Positions 10,051-18,656 of a DNA stretch of 64,000 bases are shown one piece after another. Origin of the DNA: an uncultured Chloroflexia bacterium (GTDB lineage: Bacteria; Chloroflexota; Limnocylindria; Limnocylindrales; CSP1-4). The notes beneath the pieces are model-generated. The model did no database searches, was not told where the DNA came from, and saw nothing but the letters and a program-made list of their open reading frames with translations. Position 1 is the first letter of the stretch, and each line of letters opens with the position of its first letter. The position numbers were made by a program, and so were the translations under genes. The stretch is taken from NCBI GenBank assembly GCA_963734535.1, contig CAVTHS010000014.1, positions 275,654 to 339,653 on the forward strand, in the 5' to 3' direction.

Positions 10051-10476
10051 ATGACACGCGTCCTCGTGGTCCATCACGATGTCGACCTCTCCGACCAGGA
10101 GGTGGATGCCCTTCGGCGTCGCGGCTACAACACACAGCAGTGCATGGGTCCGATCGGGGGGAGCTGCCCCATCCTCTCGGGCCATGCGTGCGAGCTGGCC
10201 GCCGGCGCGGACGTCCTTGTCTACGACGCGTTCATGACCGGCGAGCCCGACGGCGCGCGCCGCCTGGTGGAGGGGATGCGCGAGCTGCACCCAGATTTGC
10301 CGATCGTGCTCGTGGCGAACAGCTTCGAGCCGGACTGGGTGGAGACGGCCGGGGAGCACCGCGTGACGCCCCTGGTGGGACATCCGACGGGGGACCGGCT
10401 GGCGACGGCGATCGAGGAGGCGATCTTGCTCGCGCGCCCCGCTCCGGAGGGCTCGGCTCCGTCCGACTCGGCCTGA
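10051..10476 (+). CDS. receiver-domain-like protein with Cys-rich insert
   Basis: RVLVV start, DVLVYD, PDLPIVLV (CheY-like pattern); CMGPIGGSCPILSGHAC; GGGAG RBS. Confidence 0.6.
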   Translation: MTRVLVVHHDVDLSDQEVDALRRRGYNTQQCMGPIGGSCPILSGHACELAAGADVLVYDAFMTGEPDGARRLVEGMRELHPDLPIVLVANSFEPDWVETAGEHRVTPLVGHPTGDRLATAIEEAILLARPAPEGSAPSDSA

Positions 10477-10594
10477 CCGAGGTCTCAGACACGCACGTGG
10501 GCCGGTCCCTCGCGACTGGTAGACTTCCCGTCCCGGCCGCTCGCGCGCGTCGCGTGACGACGACGCCGGGTTCGCGGAGTGCGGCGACACCAGG

Positions 10595-11137
10595 ATGGCA
10601 CGGATCGATCGGCGTTCGGCCGGGCGCGTGAGGAGAACGGGGCGGCCGGAGCGTCCGCGACGGGGCGCGATGGTGGGTCGGTCCCTGACGGCGCTCGCCC
10701 TGCTTCCACTCGCCAGCCGCCTGCCGTCCTACGGGCGCCTCACCCTCGACCTCCTCGCCGACGAGCGGGTCTCGGTTGCCCGCAAGGCGATCCTGGCCGG
10801 CGTCATCGTCTACGCGGTCTCGCCGCTGGACCTCATCCCCGACCGCGTCCCGGTCCTGGGCGCGATCGACGACCTGGTCGTCGGGGTGCTCGGCGTCGAG
10901 CTCTTCCTGGCAGGCCTCTCGACCGAGCTGATCGACGAGAAGCTCGACCGCCTGGGGATCCCGCGAGCCGCCTTCGACGAGGACCGCGCCCGGGTCCGGC
11001 GCACCATCCCCCGCCCCGTCCGCCGCATCGTCAACCGTCTCCCCGCCACGATGGAGAGCGCCGGTCGCGTCACCCGCGACCTGGAGCTCGGCCGACACGT
11101 GCGCGGCTGGCTCACCAAGGAGGGTTCCCCCGCGTGA
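10595..11137 (+). CDS. YkvA/DUF1232 family membrane protein
   Basis: YAVSPLDLIPDRVPVLGAIDD motif. Confidence 0.85.
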   Translation: MARIDRRSAGRVRRTGRPERPRRGAMVGRSLTALALLPLASRLPSYGRLTLDLLADERVSVARKAILAGVIVYAVSPLDLIPDRVPVLGAIDDLVVGVLGVELFLAGLSTELIDEKLDRLGIPRAAFDEDRARVRRTIPRPVRRIVNRLPATMESAGRVTRDLELGRHVRGWLTKEGSPA

Positions 11138-11580
11138 AGGTCATCCTGACCACCGACGTCGCCAAGCTCGGAAAGAGCGGCGAGCTCAAGGACGTGGCCG
11201 AGGGCTACGCTCGCAACTACCTGATCAAGTCCAACCTGGCGGTCCCGGCCGCCGGCGGCGCCTACCGCGCGTGGCAGCACGACATCGCGAGCCGCGAGGA
11301 CAAGCGGAAGCGCGAGCGCGAGGAGGCCGAGATCGCGGCGAACCGGATCGGCTCGACGACGCTCACCATGGGCGTCAAGGTCGGCGAGGGCGGCAAGCTG
11401 TACGGCTCGATCACGACCCAGGACATCGCCGACGCGCTCGGCCGCCGCGGGATCGTCGTGGACAAGCACAAGGTTGACCTGGACCAGCCGCTCAAGTCGC
11501 TGGGCACCTACAAGGTCGCGATCAAGGTTCACGCCGGGATGACGCCCGAGGTCACGGTCATCGTCGAGCCCAAGGGCTGA
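11134..11580 (+). CDS. rplI: 50S ribosomal protein L9
   Basis: GTG start, KVILTTDVAKLGKSGELKDVAEGYARNYL, GKLYGSIT. Confidence 0.97.
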   Translation: MKVILTTDVAKLGKSGELKDVAEGYARNYLIKSNLAVPAAGGAYRAWQHDIASREDKRKREREEAEIAANRIGSTTLTMGVKVGEGGKLYGSITTQDIADALGRRGIVVDKHKVDLDQPLKSLGTYKVAIKVHAGMTPEVTVIVEPKG

Positions 11581-11605
11581 CGCCGGGCCGCGGCCCCGGA
11601 ACCTC

Positions 11606-12889
11606 CTAGAACCCGACGAACCCGTTCCGAATGGCCACGATGCCGTAGAGGTTGACGAGGACCGCGGCGGTGCCCGCCACGATCGGTCGCCAGCTGCGCC
11701 GCGCCCGCCCCGTGAAGGCGAGCGCGAGGACCGCGAACAGGGGAACCTGGACGTCGAGGCTGAACCGGTAGCCCCACTGGGTGGTCCCGACGTTGCCGTG
11801 CGTCACGATCGGGATCAGCGCCAGGCCGATCCCGACGCACGCCCATCGCACGCGCGGGTCGCGCCACGGAGCGTGCGCAAGCCACAGGTAGAGCGGCGTG
11901 GTGAGGAAGAGGGAGAGCCCCCACCAGGACGGTCGAAGCCACGGGAACTCCTCCTGGAAGTCGAAGCTCCGCAGGAAGATCGCGTAGAGATGCCGGGGCA
12001 CGTAGAAGATCGACAGGATCCCGTGGTCCCGGTAGATCGGGTCGTCGAGGACGCCCGGGATCAGCACGTAGCCCATGTCGATCGGCGTTCCCCAGCGCGC
12101 CAGGTTGTACAGCGCGTAGAGCCCGACCGGGAAAGCCAGGCCCACCGCAAACGCCATCGCGGGGCGGAGAACGCGGCGCACGTCCCCCCTGGTGAACGGC
12201 AACGGGAGGCCGACCACCAGGGCCAGGAAGAACGGCGCGGTCAGCCCGACCGGAAGCCGTGAGATCGTCGCGCAGCCCAGGAGGAGGCCGACGAGGATCG
12301 GGGCGCGCCGGTGGGTCGCAACGAGCAGGGCGGCCGCGCTGAAGAGGACGGCGATCGCCTGCGCGAAGAGCCAGGCGCTCCCCTCGGACGCGCCCCACCA
12401 GAGGACCGTGCCGAACGCGAAGACGGCGATCAACCCGAGGCGGGTCCGGCCATGGACGCCGAGGCGGCCGATCGCGAGGAACAGCAGGCCGGCGGAGGCG
12501 GCGCCCGCCAGCGAGCTGATCACCTGCTGGGGGAGCTCTGGGCCGAACAGCGCGACGAACGGGAGGAGGACGACGGCCGGCATCGGCGGATATGGGACGT
12601 ACCAGCCCACGGCCGCCGGCACGAGCTCGCTGAGCCAGGATGGCGCCTCCGTCACGTAGAGCCGGCCGTGCAGGAACGCGTCCGCCAGTGGCACGAAGTA
12701 GGCCAGGGGTTGGGCCGGCGGCGCCGACAGAAGGTAGACGACCGCGGTCACAAGGGTGACCGCGAGCGCGAGCGTCAGCTCTCCGGGCAGGCGCGAACCC
12801 GGGACCACGTCCACGATCGACGCGCCCGGGAGTGACCGCGCGTCGGCGTCATCCGTGGGGGGCAGCGACGTCCCGGTGCGGACGGCCAT
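11606..12889 (-). CDS. polytopic membrane protein, GT-C-like glycosyltransferase candidate
   Basis: Many hydrophobic segments, LADAFLHGRL, YVPYPPMP, WGYRFSLD. Confidence 0.6.
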   Translation of the reverse strand: MAVRTGTSLPPTDDADARSLPGASIVDVVPGSRLPGELTLALAVTLVTAVVYLLSAPPAQPLAYFVPLADAFLHGRLYVTEAPSWLSELVPAAVGWYVPYPPMPAVVLLPFVALFGPELPQQVISSLAGAASAGLLFLAIGRLGVHGRTRLGLIAVFAFGTVLWWGASEGSAWLFAQAIAVLFSAAALLVATHRRAPILVGLLLGCATISRLPVGLTAPFFLALVVGLPLPFTRGDVRRVLRPAMAFAVGLAFPVGLYALYNLARWGTPIDMGYVLIPGVLDDPIYRDHGILSIFYVPRHLYAIFLRSFDFQEEFPWLRPSWWGLSLFLTTPLYLWLAHAPWRDPRVRWACVGIGLALIPIVTHGNVGTTQWGYRFSLDVQVPLFAVLALAFTGRARRSWRPIVAGTAAVLVNLYGIVAIRNGFVGF

Positions 12890-12903
12890 TCGCGGATCTG
12901 CCC

Positions 12904-14868
12904 TCAGCCGCCCGTGCGCAGCGATCGGACGTCGTACACGCGGTAGTTCTCGGTCCGGGCGGCGACGGGGAATCGATCCGCGTAGGCGGCCTCGTTCGCG
13001 TTGAGGGTCGAGCGCTCGTCAGGCCCGATCACCACGTAGTCGACCTTGTACGTGCGCAGGAGGTCCACCGCGCCCGGGCCCATCGCGTAGATCGTGCCGA
13101 CGTCTGCCTGGCGCTGCTGGTAGGCGATGCCGCTCACCCAGAGCTGGCCCCAGTAGCCCATCAGGAGGCGCCGGCCCGTCAGCTCCATGAGCGGGTCCTG
13201 GGGTTGCATGCCGCCCACCAGGAGGGCCTTCGGATCGGTCACGTCGCGGATCTCGGCCGCGAGCTGGAGCTGCTCGGTGGTGAGCATCCGGTACTGGCCG
13301 TGCCCCTCGAGCTGGTCGAGGTTCTCCAGCGCCGGCCCGAGCGTCATCGTGACCACGACACCGACCAGGAGGAGTCGAACGGCGGCGGACCGGCTCGACC
13401 TCCAGGCGCGCACGAGCAGGGCCGCCACGAGGATCGTCACGGCCAGGAACCAGTAGATCAGGATCTTGTGGTTGTCCCAGTCCCACGGCTGGAAGGCGAA
13501 CAGGTTCGCCACGACGAAGATCGGCATGAAGGCCAGCAGGGTTCGGTGGGCGCGAGGCGGCATGATCCGGCGAGCGCCGAGGGCCAGCAGCCCGAGCGGG
13601 ATGAAGAGCCCGAGGTTCTTGAGCCAGAACCACCACCAGGGGTCGGGATCCGCCACCCAGCCAAGGTCGAGGCGGAACGCCGCCAGCGCCCCTGCGCCGC
13701 CGCCGAGCTGCATGAGCAGCTGTGGGACGGCGACCGCCACCCAGACCACGTGGAAGACGATCCACCCGCGCCACGGGATGGCCCGGATGTGCCACGGTCG
13801 CGGGGCGAGCAGGAATGCGAGGAACGGGGTGACCATCGCGAGCGCGAGGAGCGTTGGCAGGTGCGCGAGCGGGAGGAGGCCAGCCACGACCCCGGCCAGC
13901 GTGAACGTGCGCACGGACCGCCGGCGAGCCGCCCGAACCAGGAGCGTGACGGCAAGCGTCGCGATCGGCAGGCCGTACAGGTAGGCGCGCTGCGACATCA
14001 GGAACGCGAAGTACGGGTTGAAGAAGCGGATGTGCAGGTTGGTCTGGCCCGTGGCATCCCACGGCGCGTTCGCGAGCGTGCCGAAGAGGTCGTGGCTCGC
14101 ATCGATCCGGGCGACCGTCGCGATCCAGCCCAGGCCGGCCCCGAAGACGAAGAGGATGACGGCGAGCGTGGCAATCGATCGGACGCCGCCCAGCCGGCGC
14201 GCAAAGGCGTAGATCCCCAGGACCGCGAGGATCGAGAGCAGGAAGCTGTGGAGCGGCAGGACCGCGAGCGGGTCCATGCCCAGGACGACGAAGGCCGCCG
14301 GCGTCAGGTCGCTCAGGTAGTGGTAGCTCAGCGGAAGCCCGGCGAACAGCGGGTGCTCGGGCGGGAAGTTGCCGCCGAACGCGAAGTGCGTGACGATCCC
14401 GAGATGGGTGGGCCAGTCGCTCCAGATGTACTCGTGGCCCGCCCACAGCCCATCGGGGCGGACCGTGAGCGCGCTCGACCACAGGAGCGCCCAGCGCACC
14501 ACGAGCAGCGCGACGAGCGCCGTGGCCCAGGGATCGAGCCGCCCGACGAGGTCGCGGAGCTGGTCGCTCAGCCCGGCTCGCGCCGCTCCGGGGCGGCGAC
14601 GGCCACCCGGCGCGACGACCAGGATGGCCGAGACGACGACGCTCCCAACTCCGGTCCCGAGGACGACCGGCGGGTTGAATCCGAACAGCGTCGCGACCGG
14701 AACCAGCGCAAGCGTCCCGGCCACGATGCCGAGCACGGCGCCGTACGCGAAGCGCTCGAGCGGCGTCAGCCACCGTGCGAACCGGTCGATCGCGGCGACC
14801 CCGGTCGACGCGATCGCACCGAGAAAGAGCAGCGAGAGGAGCATCGGGAGGACGGCCACGAGCGGCAT
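12904..14868 (-). CDS. large polytopic membrane protein, GT-C-like
   Basis: C-terminal part of ORF 12904-16203: WSDWPTHLG..NFPPEHP..LSYHY, many TMs, C-terminal VDYVVIGPDER domain. Start at 14868 or 14844. Confidence 0.65.
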   Translation of the reverse strand: MPLVAVLPMLLSLLFLGAIASTGVAAIDRFARWLTPLERFAYGAVLGIVAGTLALVPVATLFGFNPPVVLGTGVGSVVVSAILVVAPGGRRRPGAARAGLSDQLRDLVGRLDPWATALVALLVVRWALLWSSALTVRPDGLWAGHEYIWSDWPTHLGIVTHFAFGGNFPPEHPLFAGLPLSYHYLSDLTPAAFVVLGMDPLAVLPLHSFLLSILAVLGIYAFARRLGGVRSIATLAVILFVFGAGLGWIATVARIDASHDLFGTLANAPWDATGQTNLHIRFFNPYFAFLMSQRAYLYGLPIATLAVTLLVRAARRRSVRTFTLAGVVAGLLPLAHLPTLLALAMVTPFLAFLLAPRPWHIRAIPWRGWIVFHVVWVAVAVPQLLMQLGGGAGALAAFRLDLGWVADPDPWWWFWLKNLGLFIPLGLLALGARRIMPPRAHRTLLAFMPIFVVANLFAFQPWDWDNHKILIYWFLAVTILVAALLVRAWRSSRSAAVRLLLVGVVVTMTLGPALENLDQLEGHGQYRMLTTEQLQLAAEIRDVTDPKALLVGGMQPQDPLMELTGRRLLMGYWGQLWVSGIAYQQRQADVGTIYAMGPGAVDLLRTYKVDYVVIGPDERSTLNANEAAYADRFPVAARTENYRVYDVRSLRTGG

Positions 14869-14877
14869 GATAGGGGC

Positions 14878-16164
14878 GTGACCGCCGCGACGATCCTCCA
14901 CGTGGACCTCGATGCGTTCTTCGCGGCCGTGGAGCAGCGCGATCGCCCGGAGCTCCGGGGAAAGCCGGTGATCGTGGGTGGCGACCCCGGCGCGCGTGGC
15001 GTCGTGAGCGCGGCGAGCTACGAGGCGCGACGCTTCGGCGTCCACTCGGCGATGCCGTTGCGAACCGCCGCCGCCTTGTGTCCCGGGGGTGTCTTCCTGC
15101 CGGTGAACGGGGCGAAGTACCGAACGGCCAGCCGGGCGGTGATGGAGATCCTGGGCCGATACACGCCCCGGGTGGAGCAGGTGTCGATCGACGAGGCGTT
15201 CCTCGACGTCGCCGGGTCGGAGGCGCTCTTCGGCCCGCCGCCCGCGATCGCGGCCGCCATCAGGGCCGCCATCCGGGCCGAAGTGGGGCTGACCGCGTCG
15301 GTCGGCGTGGCCAGCACGAAGCTGGTCGCGAAGATCGCGTCGGACCTGCGCAAGCCCGACGCCCTGGTGGTCGTGGCGCCGGGCGACGAAGCCGCGTTCC
15401 TTGCCCCGCTGCCGATCGCGCGGCTGTGGGGGGTCGGCGCGCAGACTCGTGCGGCCCTCGCGGAGTACGGGGTGCGGACGATCGGCGATCTCGCCGCGGT
15501 CGATCCCCAGCTCCTGGTGCGGCGGCTCGGGAAGCACGGCGCGACGCTGGTCGAGCGCGCGCGGGGCATCGACCCGTCGCCCGTCACCGGCGACGTCGAG
15601 GCCAAGTCGGTCAGCCACGAGCACACGTTCGACATCGACACGAGCGACGTGGACCAGATCGAGCGGACGCTCCTCGCACTCGCCGAGGGCGTCGCGGCGC
15701 GACTTCGCGCCGGCGGCGTGCGGGCGGCCACCGTGCAGGTGAAGGTTCGCGACAGCGCGTTTCGCACCGTGACCCGCCAGCGGACGCTCGCCGAACCGAC
15801 CGACCTTGCCGAGCCGATCTGGCACGCGGCGCTGGAGCTGGCGCGGCCGGAGATACGCGGCCACCGGATTCGCCTGGTGGGTGTCGGTGCGCACGGCCTG
15901 GGAGAGCCCGCGCAGCTGGGGCTCTTCGCGCCGGACGACGACCGTCGACGCCGGGTGGTCGAGGCTACCGACGCGGTCCGGCGTCGCTTCGGGGAGCGGG
16001 CGATGACCCGCGCGCGCCTTCTCGGGAGTGGGTTCTCGGCCGGCGGCCGCGACCCGATGCAGCCGCTGGACCCGCGGCGCGTCGGGCGCAGGCCGGCCCC
16101 GGACCCCGCGGCGCCGCCGCAAGGCGATGCCCCGGCCCTGGACGAGGACCCGCCGGCCTCGTGA
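14878..16164 (+). CDS. dinB: DNA polymerase IV (Y family)
   Basis: ILHVDLDAFFAAVE, SYEARRFGV, SIDEAFLD, AKIASD. Confidence 0.95.
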   Translation: MTAATILHVDLDAFFAAVEQRDRPELRGKPVIVGGDPGARGVVSAASYEARRFGVHSAMPLRTAAALCPGGVFLPVNGAKYRTASRAVMEILGRYTPRVEQVSIDEAFLDVAGSEALFGPPPAIAAAIRAAIRAEVGLTASVGVASTKLVAKIASDLRKPDALVVVAPGDEAAFLAPLPIARLWGVGAQTRAALAEYGVRTIGDLAAVDPQLLVRRLGKHGATLVERARGIDPSPVTGDVEAKSVSHEHTFDIDTSDVDQIERTLLALAEGVAARLRAGGVRAATVQVKVRDSAFRTVTRQRTLAEPTDLAEPIWHAALELARPEIRGHRIRLVGVGAHGLGEPAQLGLFAPDDDRRRRVVEATDAVRRRFGERAMTRARLLGSGFSAGGRDPMQPLDPRRVGRRPAPDPAAPPQGDAPALDEDPPAS

Positions 16165-16216
16165 CAGACAAGGTGGCACGCGGGTCCGCGACAGTCCGGC
16201 CATCGCATGTTCGGGC

Positions 16217-16270
16217 TTGACATCGAACAGGCGTTCGGTCTAGAGTTGCAGGTATTCGAACACCCGTTCT
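16217..16270 (+). promoter_or_regulatory. promoter TTGACA-N18-TAGAGT with two SOS boxes (16224-16237, 16257-16270)
   Basis: CGAACAGGCGTTCG and CGAACACCCGTTCT match the box upstream of lexA. Confidence 0.85.
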
Positions 16271-16322
16271 GTCCCCCCGGTGCCCCGGGAGACGACGACC
16301 CCGCCGCAAAGGAGCCGTCGAG

Positions 16323-16595
16323 ATGGCGATCACCCGCGTAGAACCCGTTCGCGTCCAGGTCCGCACGGATTGGCTGACCGGCCGCCCCCGCGAGATCCGG
16401 TGGGGCGAGCACGTCTTCTCGGTCACGAATGTCGCGGCGGTCCGCCGCGAGACCGCCGCATATCCGGTGGAGGTCGGCCCTTCCACGACATTCGAGGTGG
16501 ACACGGTCGGCGCGCGTCTCGCGCTCACGTTCCGCCACAGGGGCCGCCGCTGGACCGTGGATGGCGTCGACGCGACGGAGCGCCGCGCCGCGTAG
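16323..16595 (+). CDS. small beta-rich SOS-regulated protein (DUF6504/ImuB-C-terminal-like, tentative)
   Basis: 90 aa, AAGGAG RBS, P..I.WG...F.V..V pattern and terminal W.V..VD. Confidence 0.7.
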   Translation: MAITRVEPVRVQVRTDWLTGRPREIRWGEHVFSVTNVAAVRRETAAYPVEVGPSTTFEVDTVGARLALTFRHRGRRWTVDGVDATERRAA

Positions 16596-16947
16596 CGGTT
16601 CACCCGGTTGCCAGCAGGGCGCCGGCTGCCGGGCCCGAGGCTCCCGGGCTGCGGCACGTGTCGAGACGTCGCACGGGCCGGCGTCCGGCCCACGCTCACT
16701 CCGGAAGCCCGCGGCGGGCTGCCAATCCCACGCCCATCTCCGCGCAGGGCCGTGACAGCCGGCCGGCGCGTCCATCGGGCCCGGGGCGGATGTCACCGGT
16801 ACGACATCCACCCCGGGCCCGGCCACTCGTGACGCTTGTCAGCCGCGATGGCGCTGGCGGCCCGCCGCTGCCCGGTCGGCGGTCATTGGGTTCGGCGGTC
16901 TCCCGGATGGGGGTCGTCGGGTGGGTTCGGCCGACTACAATCGACCC

Positions 16948-17703
16948 ATGGCGGACACGCAAGCGCCGCGCTTCGGATCTCTGACGCTCGACGGGTTCGT
17001 CGAGCAGCTCGCCTCGTCGGCGCCGATCCCCGGTGGCGGGAGCGCGGCCGCGGTTTCGGCGGCGCTGGCCGCCGGCCTCGTGGCGATGGTCGCCGGACTC
17101 TCGGCGGATCGCCCGGCGTACGTGCGGTTCGCGGCCACGCACGTGCGCGCCGGGGGCGCAGGTCGGGCGCTCGCGGCGCACCTGCTCGATCTCGCGGACG
17201 AGGATGCGGCCGCGTACGGCGCGTTTGCCGGGGCGATGAAGCTGCCGCGCGCCACCGACGAGGAGAAGGCGGCCCGCACGGCTGCGATACGCGCCGCGGC
17301 GGTGACCGCGGCCGAGGTGCCGCTCAGGACGTTGGAGGCGTGCCGCGACGTGGTCGTGGCGTCGGAGGCGCTCGCCGGCCGGAGCAACCGGAATGCCGCG
17401 AGTGATCTCGCGGTGGCGTCGCGGCTCGCGGAGGCCGCCGCGCACGGGGCCGCGGAGAACGTCATGGTGAACCTGCCGGCGCTCGGGAACGAGGACCGTG
17501 CCGACGAGCTCCGCGGCCGCGTCGCCACGCTCCTCGCGGAGGTCGGCGACCACGCCGAATCGACACGTGCGTTCGTCGAGCTCGGCGAGCTGCGCGACCC
17601 GGAGACCGATCCCCAGCCGGACCGGGCCGCGGATCCCCCGGCGGACCGACCCGCGGATCCCCAGGCGGACTGGCACGCCGATCCCGAGTCCGGGTCGGCA
17701 TGA
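16948..17703 (+). CDS. formiminotetrahydrofolate cyclodeaminase/cyclohydrolase family protein
   Basis: FVEQLASSAPIPGGGSAAA, N.NAASD, NVMVNL; TACAAT 6 nt before ATG. Confidence 0.9.
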   Translation: MADTQAPRFGSLTLDGFVEQLASSAPIPGGGSAAAVSAALAAGLVAMVAGLSADRPAYVRFAATHVRAGGAGRALAAHLLDLADEDAAAYGAFAGAMKLPRATDEEKAARTAAIRAAAVTAAEVPLRTLEACRDVVVASEALAGRSNRNAASDLAVASRLAEAAAHGAAENVMVNLPALGNEDRADELRGRVATLLAEVGDHAESTRAFVELGELRDPETDPQPDRAADPPADRPADPQADWHADPESGSA

Positions 17704-18656
17704 CCGCGCCGGACCTGGTCGGCGCGGAGGGCACGGAGCAGCCGTCCGGGCCGCGTCTCCTGCGGGGTGGCCCCATCGCGACGGAGGTGCGCGCCGCCGT
17801 CGCCGCGGATGTGATCGCATTCCGCGAGGAGCACGGATTCGTGCCCGCGCTCGCCGTCGTGATCGTCGGTCGCGACGCGCCCTCGACCGTCTACCTGCAC
17901 AAGATCCTCGATGGCTGCCGGACGGTCGGCATCGTCGACCGACTCGTCGAGCTGTCGGAGGATGCGGGACCCGCGCGCGTCGCTGCCGCGGTTGCAGGTC
18001 TCAACGCGGACCCGACCGTGGCGGGGATCATCATCCAGATGCCGCTCCCGCCGACGATTCCGCTGCGGACGGTGATCGACGTGCTGGACCCGGCCAAGGA
18101 CATCGACGGGATCCATCCCCTCAATGCGGGCCTGCTCGCGCTCGGCTACGAGGGCTTCCTCCCGGCGACGGCGCACGCGGCGGTTGAGATCCTGAAGCGC
18201 TCCGGGATCACGATCGAGGGTCGTCGCGCGGTGGTGATCGGCCGCTCCAACGTCGTGGGCAAGCCGGCCGCCCTGCTGCTCCTGCGCGAGCATGCCACGG
18301 TGACGATCTGCCACTCGCGCACGGTCGACCTGGCACGGCACGTCCGGGAGGCGGAGATCGTGATCGTTGCGGTGGGCCGGCCCGGGCTCATCACGGGCGA
18401 GATGCTCCGGCCGGGGGCCGTCGTCGTCGACGTCGGCATCAACGTGCGCGAGGGCCGGATCGTGGGCGACGTCGACGCGGCGTCGGCCGCGACGGTCGTG
18501 TCGGCGATCGCGCCGGTACCCGGCGGCGTCGGGCCGCTCACCAACGCGATCCTGCTGACCCACCTCATGCGGGCCGCGCGGAACCAGGCGGAGGGCCGGG
18601 TCGCCCTCGGCTCCCGGTCGATGACCCCGACCCAGCCCGCGGAGTCCGCCACATGA
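17700..18656 (+). CDS. folD: methylene-THF dehydrogenase/methenyl-THF cyclohydrolase
   Basis: KDIDG, GRSNVVGKP, VGDVD, PVPGGVGPLT. Confidence 0.95.
   Translation: MTAPDLVGAEGTEQPSGPRLLRGGPIATEVRAAVAADVIAFREEHGFVPALAVVIVGRDAPSTVYLHKILDGCRTVGIVDRLVELSEDAGPARVAAAVAGLNADPTVAGIIIQMPLPPTIPLRTVIDVLDPAKDIDGIHPLNAGLLALGYEGFLPATAHAAVEILKRSGITIEGRRAVVIGRSNVVGKPAALLLLREHATVTICHSRTVDLARHVREAEIVIVAVGRPGLITGEMLRPGAVVVDVGINVREGRIVGDVDAASAATVVSAIAPVPGGVGPLTNAILLTHLMRAARNQAEGRVALGSRSMTPTQPAESAT

Noticed and set aside
12832-16203. Apparent 1110-aa DinB fusion and 1099-aa antisense ORF
   Set aside because: Each is a real gene extended through the shadow of its divergent neighbour; true starts are near 14878 (+) and 14868/14844 (-).
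16776-16821. Long hairpin upstream of cyclodeaminase-folD-fhs as a THF or ZTP riboswitch
   Set aside because: No recognisable aptamer consensus, and the operon appears leaderless; more likely a terminator or REP-like stem.
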